Positions 63,343 through 64,000 of a DNA stretch of 64,000 nt are shown piece after piece (the first letter of the stretch is position 1; every line of letters begins with the position of its first letter). The position numbers were made by a program, and so were the translations under genes. Source of the stretch: Selaginella moellendorffii (Eukaryota > Plantae > Lycopodiophyta); assembly GCF_000143415.4 (NCBI RefSeq), contig NW_003314261.1, forward strand, positions 1,103,674 to 1,167,673, in the 5' to 3' direction. Below the pieces are notes generated by a model. It saw nothing but the letters and a program-made list of their open reading frames with translations, was not told the origin of the DNA and ran no database searches.

Positions 63343-64000
63343 ATGGTTGCGCCTGGCGGCAAACACAAGCGCTTCTTCGAGGTCGGCGATAGCGATGAGA
63401 ATGTGAGTGGTTTCGCAGCTCTGCTCGCTCTGATCAATCGTTTCTTCTTAGAAATCGGATGAGGGGCCGAAGAAGCAGCGCAAGGAATTGGATCCCGACG
63501 TCGAGAAGCGATTGATTGAAGCCAAAGTGAAAGCAGTGCGTGGATTTATTGTAGCTCTAGAGGTTGTGATTGATCTTTGCCTTTGCAGCTTCCCCAAAGC
63601 AATGAGAACACCGACACTATCAAGCCGAAAATCAGGAAATACAATCGGGGAGAACGACTCTCCGTGAAAGTAAGATGGAAATTATTTTCTGTGATGCTAC
63701 TTGGCTAAAATTCTTGGTTCGCAGGGATTGAAAGACAAGAAGCTCAAGTCTCAGCTCAAAACCAAAGAAGATTTGTTTGAGAAATCTGCTCTTACAGCCG
63801 CGAAAGTAGAGCAAGTAAGGTTTTTTTTTTCTTCTACTCTTTTGATACATTCCTAGCTTTAACGTTGAGCTTTCTTCAGTGGCTTCTACCGAGCGAAGGT
63901 GGAGCTTTAGAGGCGGACGATGGAGAAAATACCTATGACTACACTCAAGAAGACATCGTGAAGAACGTTGATATTTCAAGCGCGCACAAAGCATTTGATC
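63343..64000 (+). CDS. UTP7: U3 snoRNP-associated protein UTP7/WDR46, 5' part (runs off the window)
   Basis: Spliced peptide KYNRGE..KDKKLKSQL..AAKVEQWLLPSEGGALEA..TQEDIVKNVDISSAHKAFD. Confidence 0.85.

Overview
Eukaryotic plant nuclear DNA. It is very gene-dense, with GC-rich exons and very short (about 45-70 nt) GT-AG introns, separated by AT-rich blocks, (TA)n tracts and two N gaps. These features fit a compact lycophyte genome such as Selaginella (inference). Apparently intact genes: two LPP-epsilon/PAP2 phosphatases, an atypical LRR-III receptor kinase, UGT80 sterol glucosyltransferase, LHCA1, cytosolic pyruvate kinase, a DYW-type PPR protein, a parvulin, two tandem GH27 alpha-galactosidases, KCS, RPT3, ERA GTPase, a CBS/SnRK1-gamma-like protein, glucosylceramide synthase, OGG1 and the 5' part of UTP7/WDR46. 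Most notable observations: (1) a three-member family of AT-rich, intronless secreted proteins fusing an unrecognised N-terminal domain to a GNA/bulb-type lectin; (2) a two-exon small secreted peptide precursor with a phytosulfokine-like acidic DYIYSG motif, absent from the ORF track as a whole; (3) several intron-retaining 'ghost' duplicates riddled with small deletions; (4) Ty3/gypsy relics hidden in AT-rich DNA by strongly directional C>T/G>A mutation; (5) an orphan coiled-coil gene with a HEPN/DUF4145-like motif beside an inverted exon-intron module array. Gene models were spliced by eye and no database searches were run.
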